A DNA stretch of 64,000 nt from an uncultured Chthonomonadaceae bacterium (GCA_963817895.1 CAWFQB010000003.1:480001-544000); one strand, 5' to 3'; positions 1 through 11,027 are shown, numbered from the stretch's first letter. The notes: generated by a model not told the origin, from the letters alone. Numbers and translations are program-made.

Positions 1-1272
1 CTCCGACAATTTCATCACGTCATGCCATATAATGACATGCGCGGACAGGATTTCGCCCGTACGCGGGTCGCTGATGTGCGGGCCGACGGCGTTTTCAATC
101 GGCTGCGCGGCCCATCGGATCACCGAATAGCGCGCGTCTTCCGGGTCCCAGTTCGGGTCTTCCAGTTCGGTCGGGGCGTCTTTGGCGATAATGGCATGGG
201 AGAAACCCGCCTGCTCGAAGCACGACGACCACGCTTCGATTCCCTGCTTCAGGGCAAAGCGATACTTTTCCGGCACTTCCCGGCTGATGTAGTAGACAAT
301 GGGCTTGACCGGATCGGAAACTTTTGCTGTCGGGTCCTTCTTTTCCAGCCGATAGCGGTTGATGAACTCCCGATCTTTCACCCGGTTCTCATTGCTGCCG
401 TAGTCGGAAAAGCTATCGGTGAAATAGCCGACGCGCGAATCGTAGTAGCGGCCCTGCATGGGTTTTTCCGGCAGCAGCACAAGACTGTGATGAACCGTTG
501 TCGTAATGCCGCCTCGCGCGCTGTAAGTGACAACGGCGCGGGCTTCAATGTTGGTCGGGAATGACTTGATGCGCTCAAGATAGGAGCGGGACGGGTCCGC
601 GCCCCCGCCGATGGCCCCGCTGCCGGGAACAGGCCCGGCATCGCCCGCATAAAAGCGCGTGACATCAATCACCGCCGACTTGTTCGTCCCCTCGGCCTCG
701 ACCGGAAACGTGGCGATAATCGGCGACACATTGGCCGCGTCTACGGCCTTTTGAATGGCGGTCTTGCCGTCGCCCCGCATGGTATAGGAGATGGCGCGCA
801 GATACATCGTGTTGTTGCGCCGTGTCCAGCGAATTACTTTCTCACCGACATGTGTGCCGCCATACCCGGCTCCGGAACCTGTTTGCGCGAGTTCGGTCTG
901 CCAGAGCATGTCCTCGTCGTACATGGCTGTGGGGATTTCAAAATACACTTTTTCATCTATCCGATGCACCGTGAACAGGCCCGTGTCGGATTTGGCTTCA
1001 GCCGTGATTACGTCCTTGTAGGCTTTAGGCGTACCCGGTTTGGGCGGCGGGGCGGCAGGTTTCGCCTCGGCGGGTTTCTGTCCCGGCGCGGGCGTGGGAG
1101 CAGGCGTTGGAGTTGGGGTAGGTGTCGGCGGAACAGGGGCGGGCGGGGCAGGAGTGGGCGCGGGAGCGGGAACAGGCGCGGGAACGGGCGTTTGCGCGGT
1201 TGCGCCGGTTGCCAGTCCCAGACTGAGCGTTAACAGAACGCCCGTTCGGACAGAGAATAAAGATGGTCGCAA
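1..1272 (-). CDS. Secreted zinc-dependent metalloprotease, DUF5118/DUF5117/DUF4953 type; 3' end lies outside the window
   Basis: Not in the ORF track (no stop in window). Hand translation from TTG at 1272 after a GAGGAGG RBS: signal peptide MRPSLFSVRTGVLLTLSLGLATGATAQ, Pro-rich linker, YKDVITAEAKSDTGLFTVHRIDEKVYFEIP, and WDPEDARYSVIRW..DPRTGEIL. Confidence 0.85.
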   Translation of the reverse strand, partial: MRPSLFSVRTGVLLTLSLGLATGATAQTPVPAPVPAPAPTPAPPAPVPPTPTPTPTPAPTPAPGQKPAEAKPAAPPPKPGTPKAYKDVITAEAKSDTGLFTVHRIDEKVYFEIPTAMYDEDMLWQTELAQTGSGAGYGGTHVGEKVIRWTRRNNTMYLRAISYTMRGDGKTAIQKAVDAANVSPIIATFPVEAEGTNKSAVIDVTRFYAGDAGPVPGSGAIGGGADPSRSYLERIKSFPTNIEARAVVTYSARGGITTTVHHSLVLLPEKPMQGRYYDSRVGYFTDSFSDYGSNENRVKDREFINRYRLEKKDPTAKVSDPVKPIVYYISREVPEKYRFALKQGIEAWSSCFEQAGFSHAIIAKDAPTELEDPNWDPEDARYSVIRWAAQPIENAVGPHISDPRTGEILSAHVIIWHDVMKLSE

Positions 1273-1545
1273 ATTCAACCTCCTCAAAAAGCGCGCGGCA
1301 GAACAACTGCCGCAGGATGCTGTGCATGGAAAGTGTGTTGAAAGCTAAACGTGGATATTGACGGCGTGGAATTTCGTCCGGCAGGGGAGGAGATTGCAAG
1401 CGTACACGTCTATTATACCGCAGGTTTTTTACTATTCAGCATAAATTTGCCCGGTCAAATGCCCCAATCCTGCAACGCAACCGGGTAAACTTACCGGTAG
1501 GTGATAAGTCCGTCTGCATTTGATTGAGTCTGAATACTCTACTTC

Positions 1546-2007
1546 GTGAAGTCAGAAAGGAACAGAACCGTGAACGCTTACGAAATATTTTTTTCTCTGT
1601 TCAGCGCGCTGGTAGTTCCCGTCTACCTGCTGATGATTTTCGCCCCCCGCTGGCCGAACACGCAGAAAATCATGTCCTCGCTGTGGATCGTTGTGCCGTT
1701 CATGCTGGCGTATGCCGTGCTGGAGATACCCAACGCCCTGCCCGCGATCCCCCTGTTCCTGCGCCCTACCCTGCCCGGTATCCGCGCCCTGCTTGGTTCC
1801 GAGTCGGGGGGAGCGCTGGCGTGGCTGCACTTCATCGCCGCCGATCTGTTTGTGGGGCGCTGGATATACATGGACAGTCGCAAGCACAATATGAATGTAT
1901 GGCTGATGGGACCGATTTTGTTTGTCAATATTCTGTTCTGCCCGCTCGTGTTCATAGTCTATCTGCTTATCCGCAAAGTAGCTGTGCCAACCGCGCCCAT
2001 GGAGTAG
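1546..2007 (+). CDS. ABA4-like (DUF4281) membrane protein
   Basis: Four hydrophobic segments; WLHFIAADLFVGRWIYMD motif; alternative GTG start at 1570. Confidence 0.8.
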   Translation: MKSERNRTVNAYEIFFSLFSALVVPVYLLMIFAPRWPNTQKIMSSLWIVVPFMLAYAVLEIPNALPAIPLFLRPTLPGIRALLGSESGGALAWLHFIAADLFVGRWIYMDSRKHNMNVWLMGPILFVNILFCPLVFIVYLLIRKVAVPTAPME

Positions 2008-2044
2008 CTCCACCCCTTCAGAAGAGACATGATACAAAAGCAAA

Positions 2045-2078
2045 GGCGTCAGGACAAACTTTCATTTGTCCTGACGCC
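2045..2078. terminator. Bidirectional intrinsic terminator
   Basis: GGCGTCAGGACAAA-6 nt-TTTGTCCTGACGCC, a perfect 14-bp stem between convergent genes. Confidence 0.75.
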
Positions 2079-2104
2079 CTCTATCTCTGATACCTTCCGT
2101 CTTC

Positions 2105-2797
2105 TCACACCGCCATAAACGTATCCTGGTACGGAGCCAGCCGTTCGCGCAGCATGGTGCGAGCGCGGTTCAGGCGGGATTTCACCGTTCCAATGGACAG
2201 ACCCGTCGCTTCGGCGATCTCTTCATAGGACTTGCCTTCGGTGTGGTACATGCGCAACACCTGGCGCTGATACGCGGGCAGGTGGTGGATGGCTTTCGCC
2301 AGCAGAACCGCCGTCTCGTTGTCCATGCACAGAGCTTCGGGCGAGGGAGACGGGTCCATCACGTCGCGGCCTGCGGTGGGTTCGTTGTCGCCGGTGGGAC
2401 TGGCATCCAGGCTCAGATGGCTGCGATGCGCGGGGCGAACGCACAGGTCAAGATAGGTATTGCGGACGATGCGGAACAGCCATGAGGTGAAACTGGCTTC
2501 GTTGCGGAAGGTGTGCAGGTTCTGGTACAGGCGAAGGAACACCTGTCCGGCAATGTCGCCCGCCTCTTCATGGTTGCGGCACAGGGAGTACGCGAACTTG
2601 TAAACAGACTTCTCGTAGCGGCGGAGAAGGGAATTCCAGGCGGCGGTATCGCCGGCTTTGCAGCGCTCCAGCAAAACGGCTTCAGTGATCGAATCGGAAC
2701 TGGCGGCTGCGGTGGGGCGCGTGGTTGTCGCGCCGGACTGGGTCTGAATCATCGGGTTCATGCTGGCTCTCCTGACATGGGCGGAAGCGGTTTCCAT
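2105..2797 (-). CDS. ECF sigma-70 factor (RpoE/SigW-like)
   Basis: Region 2 (DIAGQVFLRLY..FTSWLFRIVRN) and region 4 (SYEEIAEATGLSIGTVKSRLNRAR). Confidence 0.92.
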   Translation of the reverse strand: METASAHVRRASMNPMIQTQSGATTTRPTAAASSDSITEAVLLERCKAGDTAAWNSLLRRYEKSVYKFAYSLCRNHEEAGDIAGQVFLRLYQNLHTFRNEASFTSWLFRIVRNTYLDLCVRPAHRSHLSLDASPTGDNEPTAGRDVMDPSPSPEALCMDNETAVLLAKAIHHLPAYQRQVLRMYHTEGKSYEEIAEATGLSIGTVKSRLNRARTMLRERLAPYQDTFMAV

Positions 2798-3177
2798 CGT
2801 CGGTTGGACGAGTGGGGAAATCGGCTTATCAATGTGTGTGTTACAACGGTACTACCGCAGACAAACACGGCCTGCCTGGAGCGACGAACAATGCCGCGCC
2901 ATCAAACGAAACAGGGTTGCAGACAATCTGCAACGTGGGCGATTACGCCCGGGGGTTACACGCAACAGCGGAAAAATGGCGGAACTTAAAAACAAAAACG
3001 CGACTCTGTATCCTGTAAGATGGATTCAACAGAAGCGGGGCGACATGCCAAACTTGTTGATAAACTCTTAACCGAAACAAAGACGCGCGTGGCCTGGGTT
3101 CAGGCGACTGTCATAGCCACCGTACACCTATTAAATTGTGCCGTTATTCAATTTCACTACTCTCATCTAACTTTTAT

Positions 3178-3207
3178 ATTCTACCATGCCCGCTCGCCAT
3201 CTGTCAA
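3178..3207 (-). promoter_or_regulatory. Putative sigma70 promoter about 380 nt upstream of the ECF sigma gene
   Basis: TTGACA-18 nt-TAGAAT with extended TG on the minus strand. Confidence 0.55.
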
Positions 3208-3333
3208 GGGCGTCTGCAAAAATATTTTTCGCCGGTAATGTATCGCGGCGGCAGGTATCTTTTCTGCCGCCGCGCCTGTTCACAACAAAGTTCGCTGTTG
3301 CCGAATCTCTATCAACTATCAACTTCTGGCTCC

Positions 3334-4192
3334 TCATCCCTGCGCCCGCCACACCTGGCCCGGAATGCGCGGGCCTAACTCTACGGATTGCGCCTGCTCC
3401 GACCAGACCTCGAAGCGCGTCAGGGGGGCCGAGCCGAACGAAGTGGTCAGGGCGCAATCCGCCGCGTCGCGTCCCGTCGCCATCAGCACATGCCCGATGC
3501 GCGGCACATTGAAACGCGCGTCCCACGTCCACCACTGCCCGCCCAGATATGCCTCGAACCACGCGCTGAAATCCATCGGGCCGGGTAGAACCTCCACGCC
3601 ATGATCGCCGAGCCAGCCGGTCGCGTATCGGGCGGGAATGTTCATACAGCGACAGAATGTAATCGCGAGATGCTGAAAATCGCGGCACACGCCCTTGCCC
3701 GTCTCATGCACATCCCACGCGGTTTTGGTGTAGTGCGCGTGCTGGTAGCCGAACGTAACGTGGTTGTGTACCCAATCGCAAATCGCCTGCACTTTGCCCC
3801 ACCCCGGCGGAACCTGCCCGAACAGTTTCCAGGCGGTATCCGTCAGTTTGTCCACTTCGCAGTAGCGGCTCGGCAACAGAAACTGCAAACACTCGTCAGG
3901 CAGATCCTCCACGCGATGCTGAACGGCATCCGGGGCGGACGGGGTAGGCAGTCCATCATCCTCTACAATCATGTCCCCTGTCAGCGTCAGTTTGCCCGCA
4001 GCGGGCATACAGGCGGGCGCAGCGATTGCCGAAACTGTCCGTGAAATCGTGAATGGGCGTTTCGGGCGTCGCGTGTATGGTGTCCGGCAGCCGCAGCAGG
4101 GGCGCGGCGGACGGGTGCGCGTATAATAGCGCCATCATCGGGGTCGGGGCCGGCAAATCAAAGCCGATGTCATAGCCAACGCGAATCAACAT
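3334..4192 (-). CDS. Transglutaminase-like protein (one frameshift near 4010)
   Basis: ORFs 3956-4258 and 3334-4008 join; start MLIRVGYDIGFD; catalytic GVCRDFQH, IPARY and MDFSAWFEAYL. Confidence 0.88.
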
Positions 4193-4378
4193 GGGTTTTC
4201 TTCTCCTCGTCTTCTCGTCTGAAATCGTTACTGCGCTCTGCTCGGTTCGCAGGCGCAAATTGATACTTTCTGCTTCTTTTTGCTCTTCTTTTCAATTTTA
4301 CTCTGGTTGGCTTGCAGGTTATCGGCCCTTCGACGTTGAATAGACCACGCAGTTCGGTTTTGATTCTACCATAAGGAG

Positions 4379-4510
4379 AGGTGTTAGGTGTTAGGTGTCA
4401 GGTGTTAGGGAAAACAGTCTGCTGCCATTGGTTCTCGATTTCAGCCGTAGAATCAACCGTGCAGGCACTGTCCTGACACCTAATACCTAACACCTGACAC
4501 CTAACACCTA
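4379..4510. repeat. Inverted pair of GGTGTTA/TAACACC heptamer arrays
   Basis: (GGTGTTA/GGTGTCA)x4 at 4379-4409; complementary array at 4472-4510 just before the Anbu ATG. Confidence 0.85.
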
Positions 4511-4513
4511 CCT

Positions 4514-5247
4514 ATGACTTACTGCCTCGGAATTATGACGCGCTCCGGCCTTGTCATGGCCTCGGATTCGCGCACCAACGCGGGTTACGACCAGGTCAAT
4601 ACCACGCGCAAAATGCACCTGTTTTTGACGCCGGGAGAACGGGTATTTATTGTCCTCGTCAGCGGCAGCCTGTCGCTGTCGCAGTCCGTAATCGCCCTGC
4701 TGGACAAGGATTATGAGCGGGGGGAGGGACTCGCGGCGGTTACATCCATGTACGACGCGGCCCGCGACATCGGCGAACAGGTGCGCCGGGTCAGCGATCT
4801 CGACCGAGCCGCGCTGGAACGGGATGATTTTCGCTTCAACGTCAATATGCTGCTCGGCGGGCAGATTGCGGGCCAGAAGCACGACCTGTACATGATCTAT
4901 CCGCAGGGCAACCCGCTCAACGCGACGGAAGACTCGCCCTATCTTCAGATCGGCGAGGTAAAATACGGGCGTCCCATTCTGGATCGGGGCATTGCCTACG
5001 ACCGTACCAGCGTGGAAGAGGCCGCCAAGTACGCCCTGCTGTCGCTCAATTCGACCATGCGCTCCAATGTCACGGTTGGCCCGCCCATTGACTTATTGTT
5101 ATACGCGGATGGCGACCTGGACATTCGCCGCCAGCGCCGCTTTACCGACAACGACCCGGATTTGCGTGGCATCCGTCAGCAGTGGGATCAAACCCTGCGC
5201 CGGGCGTCAGCGACCTGCCCGCCCTTCACTTCTGGACAGACCCGTGA
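4514..5247 (+). CDS. Proteasome-type protease Anbu (Ntn hydrolase, COG3484)
   Basis: MTYC N-terminus with catalytic Thr, DSRTNAG, QIGEVKYGRPILDR, STMRSNVTVGPP; probable indel near 5203 giving ...GVSDLPALHFWTDP* at 5247 (the ORF as given runs to 5287). Confidence 0.88.
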
Positions 5248-5276
5248 GGAAGGGAAAAGGGGAAAGGGAAAAGTAG

Positions 5277-6075
5277 ATGCAGACTGATAATTCTGGACGG
5301 GCGTTGGATGATGATACGCTGGACACGATGACAATTGGTTACAGCAACAGTATGCGGGTGAACGACGAAAACCGGGAGGCCAAATTCAACGGTTTTCTGG
5401 CGCAGCCTAAAGATGGAGCAAAGCGTGGGAGCGTGATCGTCGTCCACGAGATTTTTGGCCTTACGGATCATATCAAAGATGTTGCCTGTCAGATACGCGC
5501 GGCAGGGCTATACCGCGCTTGCCATCAACCTGTTCACGCGGGAGGGCGAACCGCCGCCCATTTCCGGCGGTTTCGACGCGCTGAGAGAATTTGTCGGCAA
5601 GATTACAGACGCGCAGGTGATGGGCGATCTGGACGGCGCAATGGAGTTTTTACGCGACGCGGAGGAGTCGAACGGCAAAGTTGGCATTGTCGGCTATTGC
5701 TGGGGCGGGCGGGTTGCCATGCTGTATGATGCCCACGCGCCCACGCTTGATGCCGCCATTGCCTACTACGGGCGCATTGTCGGCGAACCAACGCCCGCGC
5801 AGCCCCACAGCCCGCTCGGCCTTGCCCCACAGATGTATGCGCCCCTGCAAGGACATTTCGGCGCGGAGGATACCAGCATCACGCCCGCCCATGCCGCCCA
5901 ACTGCGCGACGCCCTGCAAGCCGCACACAAAACGGCGGAAATATACGTTTACGACAACGCCGGACACGCTTTCAACAACGAAACGCGGGAATCCTACCGC
6001 CCCGAAGCCGCAAAAATCGCTTTTGAACGCTCGTTGGAATGGTTCGGCATGTATTTGAAGTCCGCTACGGGGTAG
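5277..6075 (+). CDS. Dienelactone hydrolase family protein (frameshift near 5490)
   Basis: VHEIFGLTDHIKDVA, GYCWGG nucleophile elbow, AGHAFNN. Confidence 0.88.
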
Positions 6076-6166
6076 AATAAAAGTATGAATTTGGAAGTTG
6101 CTTTCGCTGCCAATCATGGCGCGGCGCAACAGATTAATGATAGATGCAGAGAAGAGGAGTTTTGCG

Positions 6167-6505
6167 GTGGAAACGCGCTTTAAACTCACGCGGCTGATAC
6201 GAACGCAGTCCTCGGAAATTTATTTGATGTGGGATGGAGAAAAGCGCATCGGCCAGATTGATGTTCACTATGTCCACGACACCATTCACGCGACCGTGAT
6301 TTTCGAGTCGGATTTGAGCGTCGGCGAGGAAGAAGAACTGCTGGCGCAAATTGACGACGACATCGTCTCTTCCTACCTGCCCCGCTTCGAGCGCGAAGAT
6401 TTTGTCGCGCACGTTTTCCGGGGCGAGGAGATCAGCCGCTATACGGACTGTTCCGGGGCGATGGACGACATGGATGAGGACGACGATGACGAGCGGGAGG
6501 AGTAG
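6167..6505 (+). CDS. Small acidic hypothetical protein
   Basis: GAGGAG RBS then GTG at 6167; Asp/Glu-rich C-terminal tail; operon position. Confidence 0.65.
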   Translation: METRFKLTRLIRTQSSEIYLMWDGEKRIGQIDVHYVHDTIHATVIFESDLSVGEEEELLAQIDDDIVSSYLPRFEREDFVAHVFRGEEISRYTDCSGAMDDMDEDDDDEREE

Positions 6506-6506
6506 C

Positions 6507-7532
6507 GTGTCTCCTGTCGGTTCTCCCGAACCTATCGCGGCCCTGAATCGCGTCCGCATGGCCGAACTCGCGCTGCCCTGGGAAGCGCGGGAACCTCTTG
6601 TGGATATTCGCGCTTGCTGTCCCGGCGTGGTGTGCAATGAGGGGATTTGCCCGTACCTGCGCGTTCGCGTGGCCGACATGCTGAACCGGGCGCAGCAGTC
6701 GTTGCCAACCGGTTACAGGCTGAAAGTGGGAACCGCCCTGCGAACTCCGTCCATGCAGCGGCACGGGTGGGACAACTACTTTCAAAAAATGCGGGATGAA
6801 CACCCCGATTGGCCGCTTTCCGCCCTGCGCCGCGCCACCAACAAATACCACGCGCCCTACGACCAGAAAGCCCCGCCCGGCCACTGCACGGGCGGCGCGG
6901 TAGATGTCGGCCTGCTCGACCCCGAAGGCAACGCGCTGGACATGGTTGCGCCCACGCAGGGATGGGAAGCCGTAGACACCTTCAACACCAAAATTTCTCC
7001 CGAAGCCCGCGCCAACCGCATGTTGATGGTGGAAGCGATGCTCGGCGCGGGCTTTTCCAACTGTAGGGATGAATACTGGCACTACTCGTGGGGCGATTCG
7101 GGGTGGGCCGTCCGTGTCGGGGAGAGCGAATGTCCATACGGATGGACGTATGCGCCGCCCGCTCTTGCCGTCACAGAAGACACGCCAAACGCGCCCGAAC
7201 AGATTTTAGATACCCAACGGGACGCGCAGGGCAAACCCGTAAACGTAATGGGAACCTGCGCTTGGCCGCAGTCCACTCCCCATTTTGAGGCGCGATTATT
7301 ATGGGCGAAGCACACGCCCACCCTGCTGCGCGTGGTTTATCAACGGCATACCACTCCCGTAACGTTCTACGTGGGCAATGGCGACAGCGCGTGGGAACCC
7401 GTAACGGACATAAGGCAGGGCGAAGAAACTTGGATTCTGAACCTCACTCCCCCGTTCGACCGAACCATTCTGACCACGCAACTCCCCCCGCCCAAACCCG
7501 AAGAAGTTCCCGACAGTGGCGCAGCCGCGTAA
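6507..7532 (+). CDS. D-alanyl-D-alanine dipeptidase (M15/VanX-like) with an extra C-terminal domain
   Basis: PPGHCTGGAVDV (SxHxxGxAxD-like) and EYWHYS motifs; GTG start immediately after the previous stop. Confidence 0.85.
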   Translation: MSPVGSPEPIAALNRVRMAELALPWEAREPLVDIRACCPGVVCNEGICPYLRVRVADMLNRAQQSLPTGYRLKVGTALRTPSMQRHGWDNYFQKMRDEHPDWPLSALRRATNKYHAPYDQKAPPGHCTGGAVDVGLLDPEGNALDMVAPTQGWEAVDTFNTKISPEARANRMLMVEAMLGAGFSNCRDEYWHYSWGDSGWAVRVGESECPYGWTYAPPALAVTEDTPNAPEQILDTQRDAQGKPVNVMGTCAWPQSTPHFEARLLWAKHTPTLLRVVYQRHTTPVTFYVGNGDSAWEPVTDIRQGEETWILNLTPPFDRTILTTQLPPPKPEEVPDSGAAA

Positions 7533-7554
7533 AATTGCCGATGCGGGCCATTTC

Positions 7555-8106
7555 TTAGCGGAAGAGGTTGGCGACAGGAAAGCGCCAGCCCGCAACGGCA
7601 GGCTCGGCGTCAGCCATATCGCCGCGCCTGTAAATGGTAGGCGCATCCATTTGCCCCGCGCTGTACTTCTTGATTACGTTTTCGCTTTGCAGGTCTACGT
7701 CCCAAACCACCAGCGTTCCCGCCGCAAAGTAGTCGCGTATCTTCTGCGTAATCGCTTGCTCGGCTGCCGGCCTATAATCGTTTTCACTGCGCGTTTCGAC
7801 GGCAAAGCGAGGCGCGGCCTGCGCAAACTTCATGGTGTCAACGTCGCCGACATACCACGCCGCGTTCGGGCTGAATGATCTGCGGTTGGGCAAATCCACC
7901 ACAAAGCCGACGTTGTCCGGTAGGGCATAACCGCCTCCGAAATCCTCTTCATGGCGCACAAGGCTGAGAACAATCTTGCCTGTGGCGTAACCCGGCAGAA
8001 GTCCTGTAGGCCCTATGAGCCGCAGTTCTCCCTCAACGAGTTCGGCTTTGCCGTTTTCCGGCACGTTATACAGGTCTTGCACAGTGGCGCGTGGCGTGGC
8101 AATCAT
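7555..8106 (-). CDS. Uma2 (DUF820) PD-(D/E)XK-like protein
   Basis: KAELVEGEL, FAVETRSEND, KIRDYFAAGTLVVWDVD; GGAGG RBS. Confidence 0.88.
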   Translation of the reverse strand: MIATPRATVQDLYNVPENGKAELVEGELRLIGPTGLLPGYATGKIVLSLVRHEEDFGGGYALPDNVGFVVDLPNRRSFSPNAAWYVGDVDTMKFAQAAPRFAVETRSENDYRPAAEQAITQKIRDYFAAGTLVVWDVDLQSENVIKKYSAGQMDAPTIYRRGDMADAEPAVAGWRFPVANLFR

Positions 8107-8336
8107 CGTTTCTTCCTCCCTCTCTCCAGTATAACATAGCCCGTTCCGGTTGCTGTACCCTGTTTTGCTGTATACTGTAGTTATAGTTTTCCTGTCATAG
8201 CAGACACAGACACCACAGTTCAGGCGGTGATTGGTAGTTGGTGGTTGGCAGTTGGCATACAACCGCGTAAGTTTGTCTGCATCGCCTGAATGTACACTAA
8301 AGTGGCGCTGAATTCCTACCGGAGCGAGATGAGATT

Positions 8337-11027
8337 ATGCAGGCGCATGAGATACGACAAAAATATCTGGACTTTTTTACCGAACGCGGGCATTTGCAGT
8401 TGCCCTCCGCGTCGCTGATTCCCGTAGACGCGCTCGGCCATGCAGACACTTCCACGCTGTTTACGGGTTCGGGCATGCAGCAGTTCAAGCCCTATTTTAC
8501 GGGCGCGGCTACCCCGCCGAAAACGCGGGTAACAACCGTGCAAAAGTGCCTGCGCGTCAAGGATATTGACGAAGTGGGTGATTTTTCGCACTGCACCTTT
8601 TTTGAAATGCTTGGCAATTTCAGTTTCGGCGATTACTTCAAGGCCGAAGTGATTCCGTGGACGTGGGAGTTTCTCACTCAGGTTGTCGGGCTGGATGCGG
8701 AACGGCTGTGCGTCACCGTGTACATTGACGATGAGGAGGCGTACCGGCTGTGGCATGACGTTATCGGCCTGCCGGACGAGCGTATTCACCGGCTTGGAGA
8801 AGACAAAAACTACTGGCCCGCGAACGCCATTTCCGCCGGTCCGAACGGGCCGTGCGGGCCGTGTTCGGAAATCTTCTACCGAGTCGCGCCCGTAGAGGAG
8901 ATGACAAGTGATCCTGCGCTTTCCCCTACCGACCGCTACCTCATTGACGACGAGGCGGGAAGGTGGACGGAAATCTGGAACAACGTGTTTACGCAGTTCG
9001 ACCGGGGCGAAGACGAACACGGCAAGCCCACCCTGACGCCCCTGCCGCGCAAAAACAACGATACGGGCGGCGGGCTGGATCGCGTCGCGTATGTGTCGCA
9101 GGGCAAAACATCCGTGTTTGAAACCGATCTGTTCGGCCCAATTTTGCAGGCCATCGAACAGCTATCGGGACACAAATACGAAAGCGGCCTGTCGCCTGTT
9201 GATTTTGCATTCCGCGTAGTGGCGGAGCATACGCGCTCGATGGTATTCTGCATCGCGGACGGAATTCAGCCGGGAAATGAGGCGCGGGATTACGTGCTGC
9301 GCTACATCATGCGCCGCGCCATCCGCTACGGCAAAACGGTTTTGGGGTTTGAGGAGCCGTTCCTGCATCTCGTCGCGCCTATTATCATCGAACAGATGGG
9401 CAGCTTTTACAGCGAACTGCCCGAACGCCGCGAACTGATTCTCAGCACGATTCAGGAGGAAGAGAAGCGTTTCCGCCGTACTCTGGATAACGGCCTGCGC
9501 ATCCTGAACCAAATGCTGGATTCGGGAACCGTGCAGGAAACCAAAATTCTGCCCGGACACGACGTATTCAATCTGTACAGCACGTATGGCTTTCCCCTGA
9601 GCCTGACTATTGACATTGCGCGCGAACGCGGCATTACCGTAGATGAAGAGGGGTACAAAATAGCGTCCATAGAGTTCAGCGGCCCTAAACAAGAAAAAGG
9701 AGATGTGTTCACGGACACGCGCATACTGGGCGCGGAGTTGCCCGCTTCCACCTTCCGGGGCTACGCGGAATCCGTGACCGAATCCAAAATCCTCGGCCTG
9801 TACCAGAATGAGGCGAGTGTGGAAACAGCGCGGGCGAGCGATGAAATCGTCATTGTTTTGGATCACACGCCGTTTTATGCCGAATCGGGCGGGCAGGTGG
9901 GCGATAACGGCTACCTGACCGCGCCCGCCGGGAATGTCACCTGCGCCCTCAAAATCGAAATTACCGATACCAGAAAGAACCCGCTTGGCGTGTATCTGCA
10001 TACCGGCAAAATTCTGGAAGGCGAAGTTTCGGTTGGGCAAACGGTTCAGGCAAGCGTGGACAATACGCGGCGCAAAGACACCGAGCGCAACCATACGGCC
10101 ACGCATCTATTGCAGGCGGCGTTGCGGCAGGTGTTGGGCGGGCATGTGCATCAGAAAGGTTCGCTTGTCAACCCGAATGGCCTGCGCTTCGACTTTACGC
10201 ACTCGCAGCCGCTTTCCATTGAAGAGTTACATCAGGTGGAAGAACTGGTCAACCGGCAGATACTAAAGAATACGGACGTTCGCGTTACCGCCGACGTGCC
10301 TATTGACGAAGCGCGCAGTCGGGGCGCAATGGCCCTGTTCGGGGAAAAGTACGGGGATCGCGTTCGCACGGTCGAGATACCCGATTTCAGCCTTGAACTG
10401 TGCGGCGGAACCCATTTGCGCAACACGTCCGAGGTTGGGCTGCTGAAAATCACGCGGGAAACGGGCGTCAGTTCCGGCGTCCGTCGCGTCGAAGCGATTA
10501 CCGGGAACGCCGTTTACCGCTACCTGCGCGAACAGGAACAGAAACTCGCGCAACTGGCAACCCTGCTCAAATCCAACCCGAACGACGTATTAACCGCTGC
10601 GGAACGGCTGGTACAACAGCGTCAGGAACTGGAAAAGCAGAACCGGCAATTGAAATCTGGCGAAACCGCGCAAACCGAACTGACCGCGCAGGACGTAAAC
10701 GGCATCCCCGTCGTTGTTCACCGCATGGACAACACAGACGCGGAAACCATTGCCAACCTTGCCGACAAAACGGCGCAAAAACTGGGCAGCGCGGTTGTCG
10801 TTATCGGGAGCGTCACGGATGGCAAAGTGGCTTTCACCGCCAAAGTCACCAAAGACCTCAACGCGAAAGGCATCCACGCGGGCAATCTCGCGCGGGAAGT
10901 GGCGAAAATCGCGGGGGGAGGCGGCGGCGGGCGTCCCGACTTCGCGCAGGCGGGCGGACGCGACCCCGGCAAACTTCAGGACGCGCTGGACGCCGTGCCG
11001 GACTTAATCAAGGCGCAGATCAAGTAA
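8337..11027 (+). CDS. alaS: Alanine--tRNA ligase
   Basis: FFEMLGNFSFGDYFK, GPCGPCSEI, NHTATHLL and ELCGGTH editing site, GGGGGRPDFAQAGG. Confidence 0.98.
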   Translation: MQAHEIRQKYLDFFTERGHLQLPSASLIPVDALGHADTSTLFTGSGMQQFKPYFTGAATPPKTRVTTVQKCLRVKDIDEVGDFSHCTFFEMLGNFSFGDYFKAEVIPWTWEFLTQVVGLDAERLCVTVYIDDEEAYRLWHDVIGLPDERIHRLGEDKNYWPANAISAGPNGPCGPCSEIFYRVAPVEEMTSDPALSPTDRYLIDDEAGRWTEIWNNVFTQFDRGEDEHGKPTLTPLPRKNNDTGGGLDRVAYVSQGKTSVFETDLFGPILQAIEQLSGHKYESGLSPVDFAFRVVAEHTRSMVFCIADGIQPGNEARDYVLRYIMRRAIRYGKTVLGFEEPFLHLVAPIIIEQMGSFYSELPERRELILSTIQEEEKRFRRTLDNGLRILNQMLDSGTVQETKILPGHDVFNLYSTYGFPLSLTIDIARERGITVDEEGYKIASIEFSGPKQEKGDVFTDTRILGAELPASTFRGYAESVTESKILGLYQNEASVETARASDEIVIVLDHTPFYAESGGQVGDNGYLTAPAGNVTCALKIEITDTRKNPLGVYLHTGKILEGEVSVGQTVQASVDNTRRKDTERNHTATHLLQAALRQVLGGHVHQKGSLVNPNGLRFDFTHSQPLSIEELHQVEELVNRQILKNTDVRVTADVPIDEARSRGAMALFGEKYGDRVRTVEIPDFSLELCGGTHLRNTSEVGLLKITRETGVSSGVRRVEAITGNAVYRYLREQEQKLAQLATLLKSNPNDVLTAAERLVQQRQELEKQNRQLKSGETAQTELTAQDVNGIPVVVHRMDNTDAETIANLADKTAQKLGSAVVVIGSVTDGKVAFTAKVTKDLNAKGIHAGNLAREVAKIAGGGGGGRPDFAQAGGRDPGKLQDALDAVPDLIKAQIK

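Noticed and set aside
22..1399. Listed plus-strand and short minus-strand ORFs at the window start
   Set aside because: Shadow frames of the minus-strand metalloprotease gene (1-1272)
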